From: an uncultured Fibrobacterales bacterium
GTDB lineage: Bacteria; Fibrobacterota; Fibrobacteria; Fibrobacterales; CAWVXU01
Reading direction: 5' to 3'
Assembly (NCBI GenBank): GCA_963934255.1
Contig: CAWVXU010000031.1
Location: forward strand, 1 to 27,791
DNA length: 27,791 nucleotides
Below are positions 1 to 9,881 of this stretch, one piece after another; the stretch's first letter is position 1, and each line of letters starts with the position of its first letter. The notes below the pieces were generated by a model. It saw only the letters and a list, made by a program, of their open reading frames with translations, did no database searches and was not told the origin of the DNA. Made by a program: the position numbers and the translations under genes.

Positions 1-1034
1 CTGCTTAATCTGTCATGGTGAATTCTGATGTAATTCTTCCATTTGGCACCAAATGATCGACTAAGCCTTAGGCTTGTACTATCAAGGTAAGCTCCCTCAT
101 ACTTAACAATGGGAAGTCCACTTTGATAAGATTCTAAATCAATATTATGTTTATTGTTAACTTGCGGTCTTTTCCAAGATGTTGGACTTGTTCTTGATAA
201 ATACAAATACTTATTTTGTATTTGATGATGCCACAATGCTGTATATCCCCATTTATCATCTCTGCCTAGGAAATTCTTTTGAAACTGAGTATGAAAACTG
301 TTTCCATCTGTGTTATTCATATAGTTAATGACAAATGAATGATGATCCCAAATAAACTGAGGATCTTTAAACATAAACATTGAAGAGTTGCGTTCTGGAC
401 CTTTTGAATAGATGTAACCACCTTCCATCCCATACCCTAAAAGGTCATACTCTACAAGACCTAAATTGTAATAATATTCATCTCCAGGTTTGGATAAATT
501 GAGAGCCGCATTGGTTGTCCAATTATCTGAAGTAGTTACTAGAGCATCGTAGGTATTGTCATCATTTTTAGTTAACTGAATTTTAGCATCACTTAAGAAT
601 CTTTGTGTGCGTAAAAGTCGTTCAGTTTCAATAATTTTTTCTTGAGTTACAGTGTCCCCACTATTAAACAATAAGTATCGTTCTATTGTACTCGGTTTTG
701 TTTTAAATCTTAACTTGTGAAGTAGATTATAAAAATCTGTTTCAAAGTCTGAATGTTTCTTAGAATTTTCAAAGCTGTTTAAAATTTTGAAATGAACTTC
801 TGAGATTACCAAATCCCTATTTGAGTCTATTATATCCAAGGGCTTGATTGAATCTTTCGATACAATTTGAGTGGGTATTTTGGTATGCCCTTGAGTGTCA
901 GCCAGAGAGTCAGGACTAAGAAAACTCATCGTGTTTTTATTAATTGAATTTAAATCGGAAGAATTGGCGACAAAAGTCAGACTAAAACACAGTCCAAACG
1001 CAGCTAGGTTGATACTTAAAGGATTTTTGAACAA
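1..1034 (-). CDS. Omp85/BamA-TamA-family outer membrane protein (POTRA domain + start of beta-barrel), 3' end outside the window
   Basis: Not in the ORF track; translated by hand. The frame is open from TTG at 1034 (GAAAGG upstream) to the window edge. It starts with signal-like MFKNPLSINLAAFGLCFSLTFVANS. A POTRA-like segment LHKLRFKTKPSTIERYLLFNSGDTVTQEKIIETERLLRTQRFLSDAKI is followed by VTTSDNWTT and LGLVEYDLLGYG, typical of the Omp85 barrel start. Confidence 0.8.
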   Translation of the reverse strand, partial: MFKNPLSINLAAFGLCFSLTFVANSSDLNSINKNTMSFLSPDSLADTQGHTKIPTQIVSKDSIKPLDIIDSNRDLVISEVHFKILNSFENSKKHSDFETDFYNLLHKLRFKTKPSTIERYLLFNSGDTVTQEKIIETERLLRTQRFLSDAKIQLTKNDDNTYDALVTTSDNWTTNAALNLSKPGDEYYYNLGLVEYDLLGYGMEGGYIYSKGPERNSSMFMFKDPQFIWDHHSFVINYMNNTDGNSFHTQFQKNFLGRDDKWGYTALWHHQIQNKYLYLSRTSPTSWKRPQVNNKHNIDLESYQSGLPIVKYEGAYLDSTSLRLSRSFGAKWKNYIRIHHDRLS

Positions 1035-1120
1035 GAGTTTAGACCTTTCGTCGTTTTTTTTAATAAAGCTAATTTAGAAAATCAAAGAAAAACTATCTTT
1101 AGAGTACTTGGAGGCTTTTT

Positions 1121-1852
1121 GTGAAATATTTATTGATACTAGGATTGTTTTTGTTGAACTCATGTATGAAATATCATGAGGAAATTTGGTTAAACAAGGA
1201 TATGAGTGGCAAAATCCAATTCGATATGGAGATTCATCAAATATGGTCTAATTTCAAAATCCCACAAGATTCTGAAATTATTGCGATTATCAATCAATCC
1301 TCCGGTGTTGTTTTGCATAGTCTGAGCCAACAAGAGACCGATAGCTTATTAACTATAAGTGCGCTGCTAGGGTTTGAAAACCCTGGTCAACTTCAAGCAG
1401 TATTTTCACATCCATTGCTCCATGCTTATTTAGGTGATATTAATATGACCACTAATAAAAAGGGTCATTTTGTACTTCGCCGCCTTATGGAGGGTAAAGA
1501 GTCGCCATTTTTTAAAGAAAAAGAAATAGTTTCTAATTTAACTCTAGCTGAAAAACAGACAATGGACTTGGGGCTGCCATGGGAATGGAAAATACATGCA
1601 CCAACTGACGTACTATTTCGGACTAAGGGATTCAGAAAAGAGGAAGGTGGTCCTCATGAGTATAATGTCAATTTCAAAAAAGTTGCCTCAAGCGGCGTCA
1701 AGCTTCGTATGACTTTTGAAAATGAAGACGCTGGTGTGCCAACTAATGTTTGGATAGCCACGGGAGCATTTGCCTTGGTGATGACCCTTATAGGCTTGGG
1801 GCTTTTAATAGGTCGTACCAAACGGGCTCGAATTGTTGTAAAACAAGATTAA
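1121..1852 (+). CDS. Putative lipoprotein with C-terminal membrane anchor, LppM/DUF3153-like
   Basis: GTG start with GGAGG upstream; lipobox LLNS-C at residue 15; following segment IWLNKDMSG resembles LppM/DUF3153; C-terminal hydrophobic helix followed by basic tail (RTKRAR). Confidence 0.6.
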   Translation: MKYLLILGLFLLNSCMKYHEEIWLNKDMSGKIQFDMEIHQIWSNFKIPQDSEIIAIINQSSGVVLHSLSQQETDSLLTISALLGFENPGQLQAVFSHPLLHAYLGDINMTTNKKGHFVLRRLMEGKESPFFKEKEIVSNLTLAEKQTMDLGLPWEWKIHAPTDVLFRTKGFRKEEGGPHEYNVNFKKVASSGVKLRMTFENEDAGVPTNVWIATGAFALVMTLIGLGLLIGRTKRARIVVKQD

Positions 1853-1895
1853 CTAGTTTACAAAATTGAAACGCACATAAGTTCTCAGTAAAATA

Positions 1896-2288
1896 AATAA
1901 GGGAGGCGATAAGCCGGGTTTTGTCGAAGGACGATCATCTATCTGGGATATATGTTACCACATACCTCAAGCAACCTACCCGATGTTAGAAGTCACGGAC
2001 CGCAACCTGTCTCAAAGTCAAGTAAAACTCTTCTCAAAACATAACATCTGCTTGGTCTTGCACCAAATGGGGTTTACCCTGCCATTTTTGTCACCAAAAA
2101 TGCGGTGAGCTCTTACCTCGCCGTTTCACCCTTAGCTGTGTCCAATCAATAAATCTTTTGAACCATCGCCGGTTTATTCTCTGTGGCACTTTCCTCGTAT
2201 CACTACGACTGGTCATTAACCAGCATCCTATCCTATGGTGCCCGGACTTTCCTCCATCTTACGATGGCGATCGCCTGCCCCCCTTATT
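1896..2288 (-). ncRNA. rnpB: RNase P RNA, bacterial type A
   Basis: Minus strand has the conserved GAGGAAAGUCCGGGCAC, AGUGCCACAGAGAA, GGGUGAAACGG..GGUAAGAGC, GGGUAAACCCC, L15 GGGUAGG and ACAAAACCCGGCUUAU. P1 pairs 5' AAUAAGGGGGGC with 3' GCCUCCCUUAUU. Confidence 0.98.
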
Positions 2289-2294
2289 CAATCT

Positions 2295-2308
2295 TAAAAT
2301 TAGAAATT
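2295..2308 (-). promoter_or_regulatory. Putative -10/-7 promoter element of rnpB (TTTCTAATTTTA)
   Basis: TAATTT hexamer (2297-2302) lies about 8 nt upstream of the inferred RNA 5' end; a similar motif precedes other genes in the window. Confidence 0.45.
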
Positions 2309-2347
2309 CTTATATGAATTAAAAGCATCAAAGAATATATTCTCAAA

Positions 2348-2992
2348 TTAAAAGTTGAGCCGTTTAAAAGCCCTAATGCCTAACCAAAATAAAATGACTG
2401 ATGAAATAGTAAAAAAGAACAAAGTGGCTGCCATTAGGGTAGAGGTTGTCAGTAATGTAGCTCCAAAGATTTGAGTGACAAAAAATAAAGGTAAAATGAG
2501 GATTAAAGAGAGTTGAGCCGCGCTTCTGACGCTATCCACCTTCAAACTAATCAATAGAGTAAAACTTGAAATAAACATAGAAGATAGAACAGTATAGAAT
2601 ACACCTTGAATAATAATAGGAAATGCTATGCTATTACTCTCTGTAGAAACAAAAGGAAGGCTCATTAATAATTGCGCAGTTATACCAAGTCCAATAGGGA
2701 CAGGTGCCACACTTAAAAGTTTAGCCCAAAGGATCTGGTTTCGAGGTATTGGGCTAATAAGTAGGGTTTCTAAAGTTTTTCGTTCCTTTTCACCTGCAAA
2801 AGTGTCAGCTGTTAAGGATACACTCATAGTACCCAAAAGCACCCCTACCAATAAGAATAAAGATAAGTCTAAAGAATTCTTTTGACTGAACAACTGAGCG
2901 AGTACTATAAGAGTTGGTGGAACTATGAATGGAATCCAAAATTTCGGTTCCCGCCAAATTCCTTTTATTTCATGTTTCCATATTTGAATCAT
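2348..2992 (-). CDS. ABC-2 type exporter permease
   Basis: About 6 TM segments; motif FAGEKERKTLETLLISP..ILWAK typical of ABC-2/NatB-like permeases; ATGA overlap with the upstream ATPase gene. Confidence 0.9.
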   Translation of the reverse strand: MIQIWKHEIKGIWREPKFWIPFIVPPTLIVLAQLFSQKNSLDLSLFLLVGVLLGTMSVSLTADTFAGEKERKTLETLLISPIPRNQILWAKLLSVAPVPIGLGITAQLLMSLPFVSTESNSIAFPIIIQGVFYTVLSSMFISSFTLLISLKVDSVRSAAQLSLILILPLFFVTQIFGATLLTTSTLMAATLFFFTISSVILFWLGIRAFKRLNF

Positions 2993-3777
2993 TTAGATAG
3001 CTCCAAAAACCATCGGTTAAAATCAAACTCGAGTTGTATGGATTCCATTTTAAACTCAGATTTAAGCTCTTCAAATCTTTGAATAAATTCTTGAGGTATG
3101 AGACTCCCTTTAAGTTCTAAAGAGCTCACACTACGGATTAATTGTCCTTCTTTTAAGACCAATACTTCATCAATTATTTCTGGTAAGTTTAAAAGTAAAT
3201 GACTCGACAAAATAATGCAGGGTTGATACTTCTCAGTATATAACGAAAGATAGTTCCAAAAAACAGACTGAGCCTGTGGGTCAAGATTTGAAATGGGTTC
3301 GTCTAATAAAATAAGTTGTGGGAAGTTGAGAAATGATCTAATGATTTGAATCTTCTGCTTATTGCCCAAGGATAATTTGATGCATTTCTTATCCAAATCT
3401 TTAAATTGAAAATAGTCACATAATTCAATTATTTCAGCCTGAGACATAGAATGAGGATAGAGTGATGCGAAGAATTCTAAATACTCAAGAGCACTTTGAT
3501 GTTTATAAAAACCAGGTTGCTCAAGTAAGGCGCCTATAAATTGGTTTTGAGCCCAATCAGGTTTATTCAAAGACTTAGAAGTTGGTAGAGTTAAACTTGA
3601 AGCCAATAGACGCAGTAAAGTTGTTTTTCCAGCACCGTTATGACCTAATAAAGCATATGTCTTACCTTTTTCAAATTCGTAATTAATTTGATTTAAAGCG
3701 AGAACATGATCAATACCCGAGACTTTTTTCTGTGGGTATTGATAACTGAGGCTTAATAGCTGGATGGGTATTGACAC
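2989..3777 (-). CDS. ABC exporter ATP-binding protein
   Basis: Walker A GHNGAGKTT, signature LSLGNKQK, Walker B ILLDEP, H-loop SSH. Confidence 0.93.
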   Translation of the reverse strand: MSIPIQLLSLSYQYPQKKVSGIDHVLALNQINYEFEKGKTYALLGHNGAGKTTLLRLLASSLTLPTSKSLNKPDWAQNQFIGALLEQPGFYKHQSALEYLEFFASLYPHSMSQAEIIELCDYFQFKDLDKKCIKLSLGNKQKIQIIRSFLNFPQLILLDEPISNLDPQAQSVFWNYLSLYTEKYQPCIILSSHLLLNLPEIIDEVLVLKEGQLIRSVSSLELKGSLIPQEFIQRFEELKSEFKMESIQLEFDFNRWFLELSK

Positions 3778-3781
3778 CTCA

Positions 3782-5125
3782 TTATCCCGCTACAGAAATA
3801 TCATTGACTAAAATATCAGGCACTTTAATCGAACTAAATAAATCATTGTATTCGTTTGAGATGGCTTCAATTTGATTGAGTAAATCAAAGAAATTTAATG
3901 AAAGAGTGATTCGATCAACTGGCTGAACTCGCAAACCATTTTCAACTAAAAACCCTTGAGCTCCAATAGATATTTCACCAGAAATTGCTGAACAGCCAGA
4001 CCCACCCTCTAGCTTAACAATCTCTAAAACTTTTGGTTCACTCGCAAGAATTTCTTGACGAGACTGTTTGCCACAATCAATAATATAATTACTAAAAGCG
4101 GTTCCAACTTTACCACTATAACCACGACTAGCAGCTGCGTTTGACTTCACACCATCTTTTTGAGCGGATTCTAAGTTGTAAAGAAAGCAATTTAAAACAC
4201 CCTTTTCTACAACTTTAAGAGGTTGAGTAGTCACTCCTTCTGAATCACATAGTTCAGATCCAGGTAATCCAACCGCCCAAGGATCAGAAGAAATAGTCAG
4301 AAGACTACTTGCAATTTTCTGTCCAATCTTACCTTCAAGTTTTGATTGACCTTTTTGAATATTATCCGCAAAAAAAGGACTTTGAAACATAGACATAATC
4401 TGACCTGAGACACGATTGCTAAAAAGGACTTTATACTTTCCGTGAGCTACAGGTTCGGCTTCCAATAATTCTAATGCACGTTCAACGGCATATTTTGAAA
4501 ACACTTTTGGGTCAAAATCACTAATATCTCTGCCACCTAGACTATAAACGCCTAACTTGGAAATCTCGCCTTTTTGTGCTACGGCTCCGATTCCTGCCTG
4601 CACAGAATTTCGTTTATGAGTTGTCGCTACCCCATGGTGATTCAAGAAATATGAAATCGAGGATGTTTTAGAATAACCAAGATAAGGAACATTTTTAATT
4701 AAATCGTCAGCATCGAGAGTTAGCCTCTCAAGTTCAAGACAAAAGTCTTTCATTTCATCCAATGACAGTTTTTCAATTTTTTCATTGTACTGTTCAAGGC
4801 CAGTTGGCGCATTATCAAAAACTTCCAATTTTGATGGAAGGTCAACCTTGACCGCGCCAGTCAATAGCGTATGAGACCAGGCATCTCTGACTGTAGATTG
4901 CAATGCTTCCATTGTAAATGCTTCTGTATATGCATAACCAGGTTTGTCTAAATTAAAAATTCTGATACCAATACCACGGTTTGAGCTTAACTCTAAATTT
5001 TGGACTTTTTGTTGAAAAACAGAAAGGCCAGAACTAGCATTTTCTCCCGCTAAAATATCGTATTGAGTTGCGCCAACTTCTTTGGCCATTTTAGCCATGA
5101 CTTCAATTGCTTCTTGTGCTAACAT
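3782..5125 (-). CDS. pmbA: TldE/PmbA metalloprotease partner subunit
   Basis: TldD/PmbA-family motifs (GIGIRI, DSEGV, SGEISIGAQGFLVENG, PDILV..ISVAG); lacks the HExxGH metal motif; coupled to tldD. Confidence 0.9.
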   Translation of the reverse strand: MLAQEAIEVMAKMAKEVGATQYDILAGENASSGLSVFQQKVQNLELSSNRGIGIRIFNLDKPGYAYTEAFTMEALQSTVRDAWSHTLLTGAVKVDLPSKLEVFDNAPTGLEQYNEKIEKLSLDEMKDFCLELERLTLDADDLIKNVPYLGYSKTSSISYFLNHHGVATTHKRNSVQAGIGAVAQKGEISKLGVYSLGGRDISDFDPKVFSKYAVERALELLEAEPVAHGKYKVLFSNRVSGQIMSMFQSPFFADNIQKGQSKLEGKIGQKIASSLLTISSDPWAVGLPGSELCDSEGVTTQPLKVVEKGVLNCFLYNLESAQKDGVKSNAAASRGYSGKVGTAFSNYIIDCGKQSRQEILASEPKVLEIVKLEGGSGCSAISGEISIGAQGFLVENGLRVQPVDRITLSLNFFDLLNQIEAISNEYNDLFSSIKVPDILVNDISVAG

Positions 5126-6504
5126 TATCGGCCTCCCACAAGTATTTCATCAACTTTAAGCGTCGGCTGTCCAACTGTGACTGGAACACTGCCACTTGAT
5201 GCTCCACACATTCCTGCAGCAAGTCTCAGGTCATTACCAACCATTGATATCTTAGGTAAAATTTCATGACCTTTACCGATAAGAGTGGCGCCACGAACGG
5301 CTTTATCTTTCTTACCATTTTTGATGATGTAGCCTTCTTCAACAGAGAAATTGAATTCACCTGTTGCAGGATTGACTGAACCACCACCCATTTTTTCAGC
5401 AAATAGACCATGCTCTATACCCGCAATCATATCATCAACAGAATCTTTTCCTTCGTTAATGTATGTGTTACGCATACGAGATACAGGACTATATTTATAA
5501 GATTCACGCCTCGCACTCCCCGTCCTAGCAACACCAACTTCACTTGCTCCAACTCGATCAGACATATATGATTTTAGAACACCATTTTCTATCAAAGTCG
5601 TTTTTTGTACTGGCATACCTTCATCATCAATATTGAGTGAGCCCCAAGAGTTGGCAAACGTACCATCATCAATAGCGGTAAGACAGTCTTGTGCGATGAC
5701 TTCACCTATTTTATCACAAAAAGGTGATGCATTACGACGAATTGATTCGGTCTCTAATGGATGACCACACGCTTCATGGAATATAACTCCACCAAAACCA
5801 TTACCCATAATAACAGGCATTTTTGATCCTTCAATAAAGTCGGCTTTGAGCATGCGAAGTGCACGTTGAGCAGCATTGTGACTCAACTCTTCTATGTCAA
5901 GTGTATCAAAAAATTCAAAACCTTTTAAAGCACCAGGAGCTTCATGAGTACTCACACGATCACCACCATCACCGGCTGTAACATTCAGTGAAAAACGTGC
6001 ACGAATTCTTTGGTCACTCGCCCAAAGTCCTTCAGAATTGAATATTTGAATATTGGAAACATTGTCCATGGCAGTGATGGATACTTGAGTAATCAAAGGA
6101 GATTGACCACGAGACATCTCGTCAGCTTTGAGCAAAAATGGTAATTTATGTTCTTGAGTAATATCAGATGGGTTCTTTAGAATAGGATGAGCATTTTCAA
6201 AGTGTAATTGTTCCCAATCACTCATATCCCATTTGCCGTTTGATTTACGTCCAATAGATAAATCATCAATCATTTTATAAAGTACTTCTTCACGATCATC
6301 ACTGGTGTGAGCGTATAATACTTCACCACCATAAATAAGGCGAATCCCAATGCCAAATTCTGTACCTGCAGTTGCGTTCTCAACCTTTTTATCTTTAAAG
6401 GTAAGTGATGATCCGCGACTTTCTTCAACGAAAAGCTCAACGAAATCAGCACCTTTATTTTTGCCTTTTTCAATGAGCTTAGCGGCTAATTTTTCATTTA
6501 ACAT
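5125..6504 (-). CDS. tldD: TldD metalloprotease catalytic subunit
   Basis: FHEACGHPLE (HExxGH), DDEG, GSARRESY, RMRNTYI, GMCG, VPVTVGQPTL. Confidence 0.95.
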   Translation of the reverse strand: MLNEKLAAKLIEKGKNKGADFVELFVEESRGSSLTFKDKKVENATAGTEFGIGIRLIYGGEVLYAHTSDDREEVLYKMIDDLSIGRKSNGKWDMSDWEQLHFENAHPILKNPSDITQEHKLPFLLKADEMSRGQSPLITQVSITAMDNVSNIQIFNSEGLWASDQRIRARFSLNVTAGDGGDRVSTHEAPGALKGFEFFDTLDIEELSHNAAQRALRMLKADFIEGSKMPVIMGNGFGGVIFHEACGHPLETESIRRNASPFCDKIGEVIAQDCLTAIDDGTFANSWGSLNIDDEGMPVQKTTLIENGVLKSYMSDRVGASEVGVARTGSARRESYKYSPVSRMRNTYINEGKDSVDDMIAGIEHGLFAEKMGGGSVNPATGEFNFSVEEGYIIKNGKKDKAVRGATLIGKGHEILPKISMVGNDLRLAAGMCGASSGSVPVTVGQPTLKVDEILVGGR

Positions 6505-6575
6505 GAATTCATTCCTATCTAATACAGTCGGTCATTGTGATTTATTATTTAGTCATAAATCAAATTCTTAAAGTT

Positions 6576-7361
6576 TTATAATTTCCATTGAAGACGAGTT
6601 GCAATACCTGCGTCATTCATGGATTGTTTAATTGATTCACAACTATATGTCCCATAGTGAACCATGCTAGCTACTAGTGCAGCTTCTGCTTGAGTATTTT
6701 TAAAAAGATCAACAATGTGCTCTGGAGTGCCTGCACCACCTGAGGCTATTACTGGAACTTCCACATTACTTGCTATTAATTCAGTGATATTCATTTCGTA
6801 GCCAGCTTTGGTTCCATCGGCATCAATTGAATTCACACAAATTTCTCCGGCACCTAATTTGACCGCATCCTTAGCCCACTGTAAAGCATCAAGTCCCATG
6901 GCTTTTCTTCCGCCATTGATATAAACTTCATATCCTGATGGAATCTCATCGCTGACTCCGACAAATAGAACATCCATACCAAGCACAATGCATTGATTGC
7001 CAAATGCTTCTGCACCTTGTTGGATTATTTGAGGAGTTCGCACTGCAAGTGAGTTGACACTCACCTTTTCGGCACCAGCTAAAAGTACATTTCTCATATC
7101 TTCTAAATTACGAATGCCTCCTCCAACTGAAAATGGGATAAAAACTTCCTTAGCAATTTCACGGACCATTTCAAGATCAATTGGTCGGCCTTCAGCTGAA
7201 GCCATAATATCATAAAAGACAAGCTCGTCTACTCCGTGATCTGAATAGTCAGACCCCATGGAGACGGGTTCACCAATTTCAACATTACCTTGAAATTTGA
7301 CACCTTTAGTCACCTTGCGATTTTTAACATCTAAACAAACAATAAGTCTCTTGCTTAACAT
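6576..7361 (-). CDS. hisF: Imidazole glycerol phosphate synthase cyclase subunit
   Basis: [46 protein letters not shown]. Start placed at ATG 7361 (GGAGG upstream) rather than 7379. Confidence 0.97.
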   Translation of the reverse strand: MLSKRLIVCLDVKNRKVTKGVKFQGNVEIGEPVSMGSDYSDHGVDELVFYDIMASAEGRPIDLEMVREIAKEVFIPFSVGGGIRNLEDMRNVLLAGAEKVSVNSLAVRTPQIIQQGAEAFGNQCIVLGMDVLFVGVSDEIPSGYEVYINGGRKAMGLDALQWAKDAVKLGAGEICVNSIDADGTKAGYEMNITELIASNVEVPVIASGGAGTPEHIVDLFKNTQAEAALVASMVHYGTYSCESIKQSMNDAGIATRLQWKL

Positions 7362-7981
7362 GCTACCTCCGGCACCCAAGAAGCAAAATTTTTCAATAAA
7401 CGAAGACCGGGTTCGCCACTTTTTTCAACATGAAATTGTGTGCTAATTAAATTATTTTTAATCAATATACAATGAAAGTTAATTCCAGCATATTGCGTTG
7501 TAGCCAAAGCATTATTCTCAGAGAGAGGTGAAGGGTAAAAGCTATGGACGTAATAGAATTCACTTCCATCAGGAATTCCCTTAAAAATATAATGCTCTTT
7601 TAAATACTGTACTGTATTCCAACCCATGTGGGGTATCTTTAAACCAGGCTGGGATAAAAATCTTTTGGCATTACCTGGAATGAGACCTAAGCAATCTACT
7701 CCACCGTCTTCTTCAGAGCTATCTAATATAATTTGAGAACCGACGCAAATTCCTAAGACAGGAGTCCCTTTAGCGATAGCTTGCTTGAGGGCAATATCAA
7801 GCCCTAAGCTATTGATACGACTCATTGAAGACCCAGCAGCTCCCACACCAGGGAAAATGATTCGATTAGCATTTGCGATGACTATGGGGTCATTAGTTAT
7901 GATTGAATCAACGCCTACCTTGGCAAGCGCGTTATAAACACTTGTCAGGTTACCGGCACCATAGTCAACAATGTGGATCAT
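7355..7981 (-). CDS. hisH: Imidazole glycerol phosphate synthase glutaminase subunit
   Basis: [38 protein letters not shown]. Start placed at ATG 7981, a TAATG overlap with bioB. Confidence 0.96.
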   Translation of the reverse strand: MIHIVDYGAGNLTSVYNALAKVGVDSIITNDPIVIANANRIIFPGVGAAGSSMSRINSLGLDIALKQAIAKGTPVLGICVGSQIILDSSEEDGGVDCLGLIPGNAKRFLSQPGLKIPHMGWNTVQYLKEHYIFKGIPDGSEFYYVHSFYPSPLSENNALATTQYAGINFHCILIKNNLISTQFHVEKSGEPGLRLLKNFASWVPEVAC

Positions 7982-8991
7982 TATTTCTCCCCTTGACATG
8001 CCATATCTGGAACAGGATTTGAAGCCATTGGAGTAAGGCCCAATAAGGCAAACATTTCTTTATCCTTGTCATTCCCAGGAAGTGGAGTTGTCAGTAATTT
8101 TTCTCCTGCAAATATCGCATTGGCACCTGCCGCAAAACAGAAAGCTTGTTCGACATTACTCATTTGATTTCTACCCGCGGACAAACGAACTTTAGCAGTA
8201 GGAATTACAATCCGAGCTGTGGCGATCATACGCACCATTGAGAATACCTCCACTGGCTCATTGTTTTCCATTGGAGTTCCTGCGACCGGAACTAGAGCAT
8301 TAACAGGGACTGATTCAGGGTGAACTGAGAGATTAGCTAGAGTTCTGATCATTTTGACTCGGTCGTCATCAGTCTCACCAAGTCCGATAATCCCACCTGA
8401 ACATACATTGATTTTATATTTAGCGACATTTTCAATTGTGTCTAGACGGTCTTGATATGAGCGAGTAGTGATAATTTCACTATATTTCTCCTCTGAAGTA
8501 TCAAGGTTATGATTGTAAGCATGAAGTCCTGCGTCTTTGAGGCGTTTGGCTTGCGTTTCATTCAACATACCCAAAGTACAGCAAACTTCAAGACCCATAT
8601 TAGCGACGCCCTTGACCATGCCAATTACTTCGTCAAATTCTTTGTTGTCGCGAACTTTAGACCAAGCGGCCCCCATACAAAAACGGGTAGAACCACTGGC
8701 TTTAGCGCGACTCGCAGATTCTAAAACAACATCAGTTGGGAGTATTTTCTCTGCCTTTACATCAGTATTGTAACGAGCACTTTGAGGACAGTAGCTACAA
8801 TCCTCTGAACATCCACCCGTTTTAATTGATAATAAGGTACATACCTGAACCTCAGATGCGGGGTGATATTTGCGATGTGCAGTTGATGCTCGATAGACAA
8901 GATCTAAAAGTGGAGAGTGGTAAATTTCGGAAATTTCTTCTTCCGTCCAGTCGTGACGAATCTCTTGTTTTGTAGTCATTAAAAAGCTCAT
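7981..8991 (-). CDS. bioB: Biotin synthase (radical SAM)
   Basis: [17 protein letters not shown] (CxxxCxxC), [30 protein letters not shown]. Start may be 8979. Confidence 0.98.
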   Translation of the reverse strand: MSFLMTTKQEIRHDWTEEEISEIYHSPLLDLVYRASTAHRKYHPASEVQVCTLLSIKTGGCSEDCSYCPQSARYNTDVKAEKILPTDVVLESASRAKASGSTRFCMGAAWSKVRDNKEFDEVIGMVKGVANMGLEVCCTLGMLNETQAKRLKDAGLHAYNHNLDTSEEKYSEIITTRSYQDRLDTIENVAKYKINVCSGGIIGLGETDDDRVKMIRTLANLSVHPESVPVNALVPVAGTPMENNEPVEVFSMVRMIATARIVIPTAKVRLSAGRNQMSNVEQAFCFAAGANAIFAGEKLLTTPLPGNDKDKEMFALLGLTPMASNPVPDMACQGEK

Positions 8992-9089
8992 TTCTATTTG
9001 TCTAGAAATATAAAAAATTCAAGGCAATTAAACCTGAAATGTCGACTAATACTTAGTTTCAAAACAGCTTTTTCCAACGATATAAATTG

Positions 9090-9881
9090 CTAAAACTCTA
9101 TGCGTTCAATTGTACTCAAAAGTTTCAAAATACCGCTGCCTGGGACGCGAACGATTAATCCCCCTTTTTCTTCCACACCAACGATTTCATATTCAATCAA
9201 TTCACTTTCAAAAGTTTCTTGAATTTGAACCTGTCGGCCTTCGAGCATATTGAATGATTCCAATAAATTGGGGATAATTACTTTGGGATTCTTTGAAATA
9301 CGATAAACAAGAGTGTTTAAAAAATTTAAAAATCCCACAAGAAAGGCTTCTAAATCTAATGTCTTATTTGAAATTTCAGACAAACTCATCGTCTTTCGAT
9401 CAATGTCAAGCCGTTCAGTCTGTGTAGAATTAACATTAATACCAATGCCTATAATTACGCGATTTTGAGCATTAATTATAGAATTTACTTGACTTAGAAT
9501 TAAGCCGGCCACTTTTTTGTCACCATGCAGTAGATCATTAGGCCATTTAAGGCTTAGGGTAACGCCCAGTTTTTCTTCAATAAACTCTCTTAGTGTGAAA
9601 CTAAAGATTTGAGGTAAAAATGGTGCTTGCTCAAAATCTGGATAATCAAAGCTTAAGCTAAATGCTAAATCTTTCCCGACTACTTGATGCCAAGGACGAA
9701 GACGCCTTCCATGTCCTGATGTCTGTTCTTTGGCCCAAACACTAGAAAATGGAGGCATGGAGCCATGCTTTTCAATCAAATAGCTTTGCGTTGAATCAAG
9801 CTTCTCAAAAAGAAATATTGGACTACTTTGTAATCCTTGCTTGTCAATTATGATAAATTTTTCAATGTTTGTATCACACAT
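9090..9881 (-). CDS. birA: Biotin-[acetyl-CoA carboxylase] ligase, class I (no N-terminal HTH)
   Basis: LDSTQ, QTSGHGR..RPW, LKWPNDL, KKVAGL, IGIGINV. Confidence 0.92.
   Translation of the reverse strand: MCDTNIEKFIIIDKQGLQSSPIFLFEKLDSTQSYLIEKHGSMPPFSSVWAKEQTSGHGRRLRPWHQVVGKDLAFSLSFDYPDFEQAPFLPQIFSFTLREFIEEKLGVTLSLKWPNDLLHGDKKVAGLILSQVNSIINAQNRVIIGIGINVNSTQTERLDIDRKTMSLSEISNKTLDLEAFLVGFLNFLNTLVYRISKNPKVIIPNLLESFNMLEGRQVQIQETFESELIEYEIVGVEEKGGLIVRVPGSGILKLLSTIERIEF

Noticed and set aside
895..1077. 60-aa plus-strand ORF
   Set aside because: Antisense shadow of the 5' end of the Omp85-family gene.
2628..8773. Short ORFs overlapping the ABC, tldD and bioB genes as possible RiPP precursors
   Set aside because: All lie antisense or out of frame within conserved genes; none has a convincing leader/core pattern.
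8992..9089. Possible BirA operator or riboswitch upstream of bioB (dyads ACTAA-N3-TTAGT, TGAAA..TTTCA, TTTCTA..TAGAAA)
   Set aside because: Spacing does not match the TGTnAAC-N14-16-GTTnACA operator, BirA lacks an HTH, and no known aptamer is recognisable.
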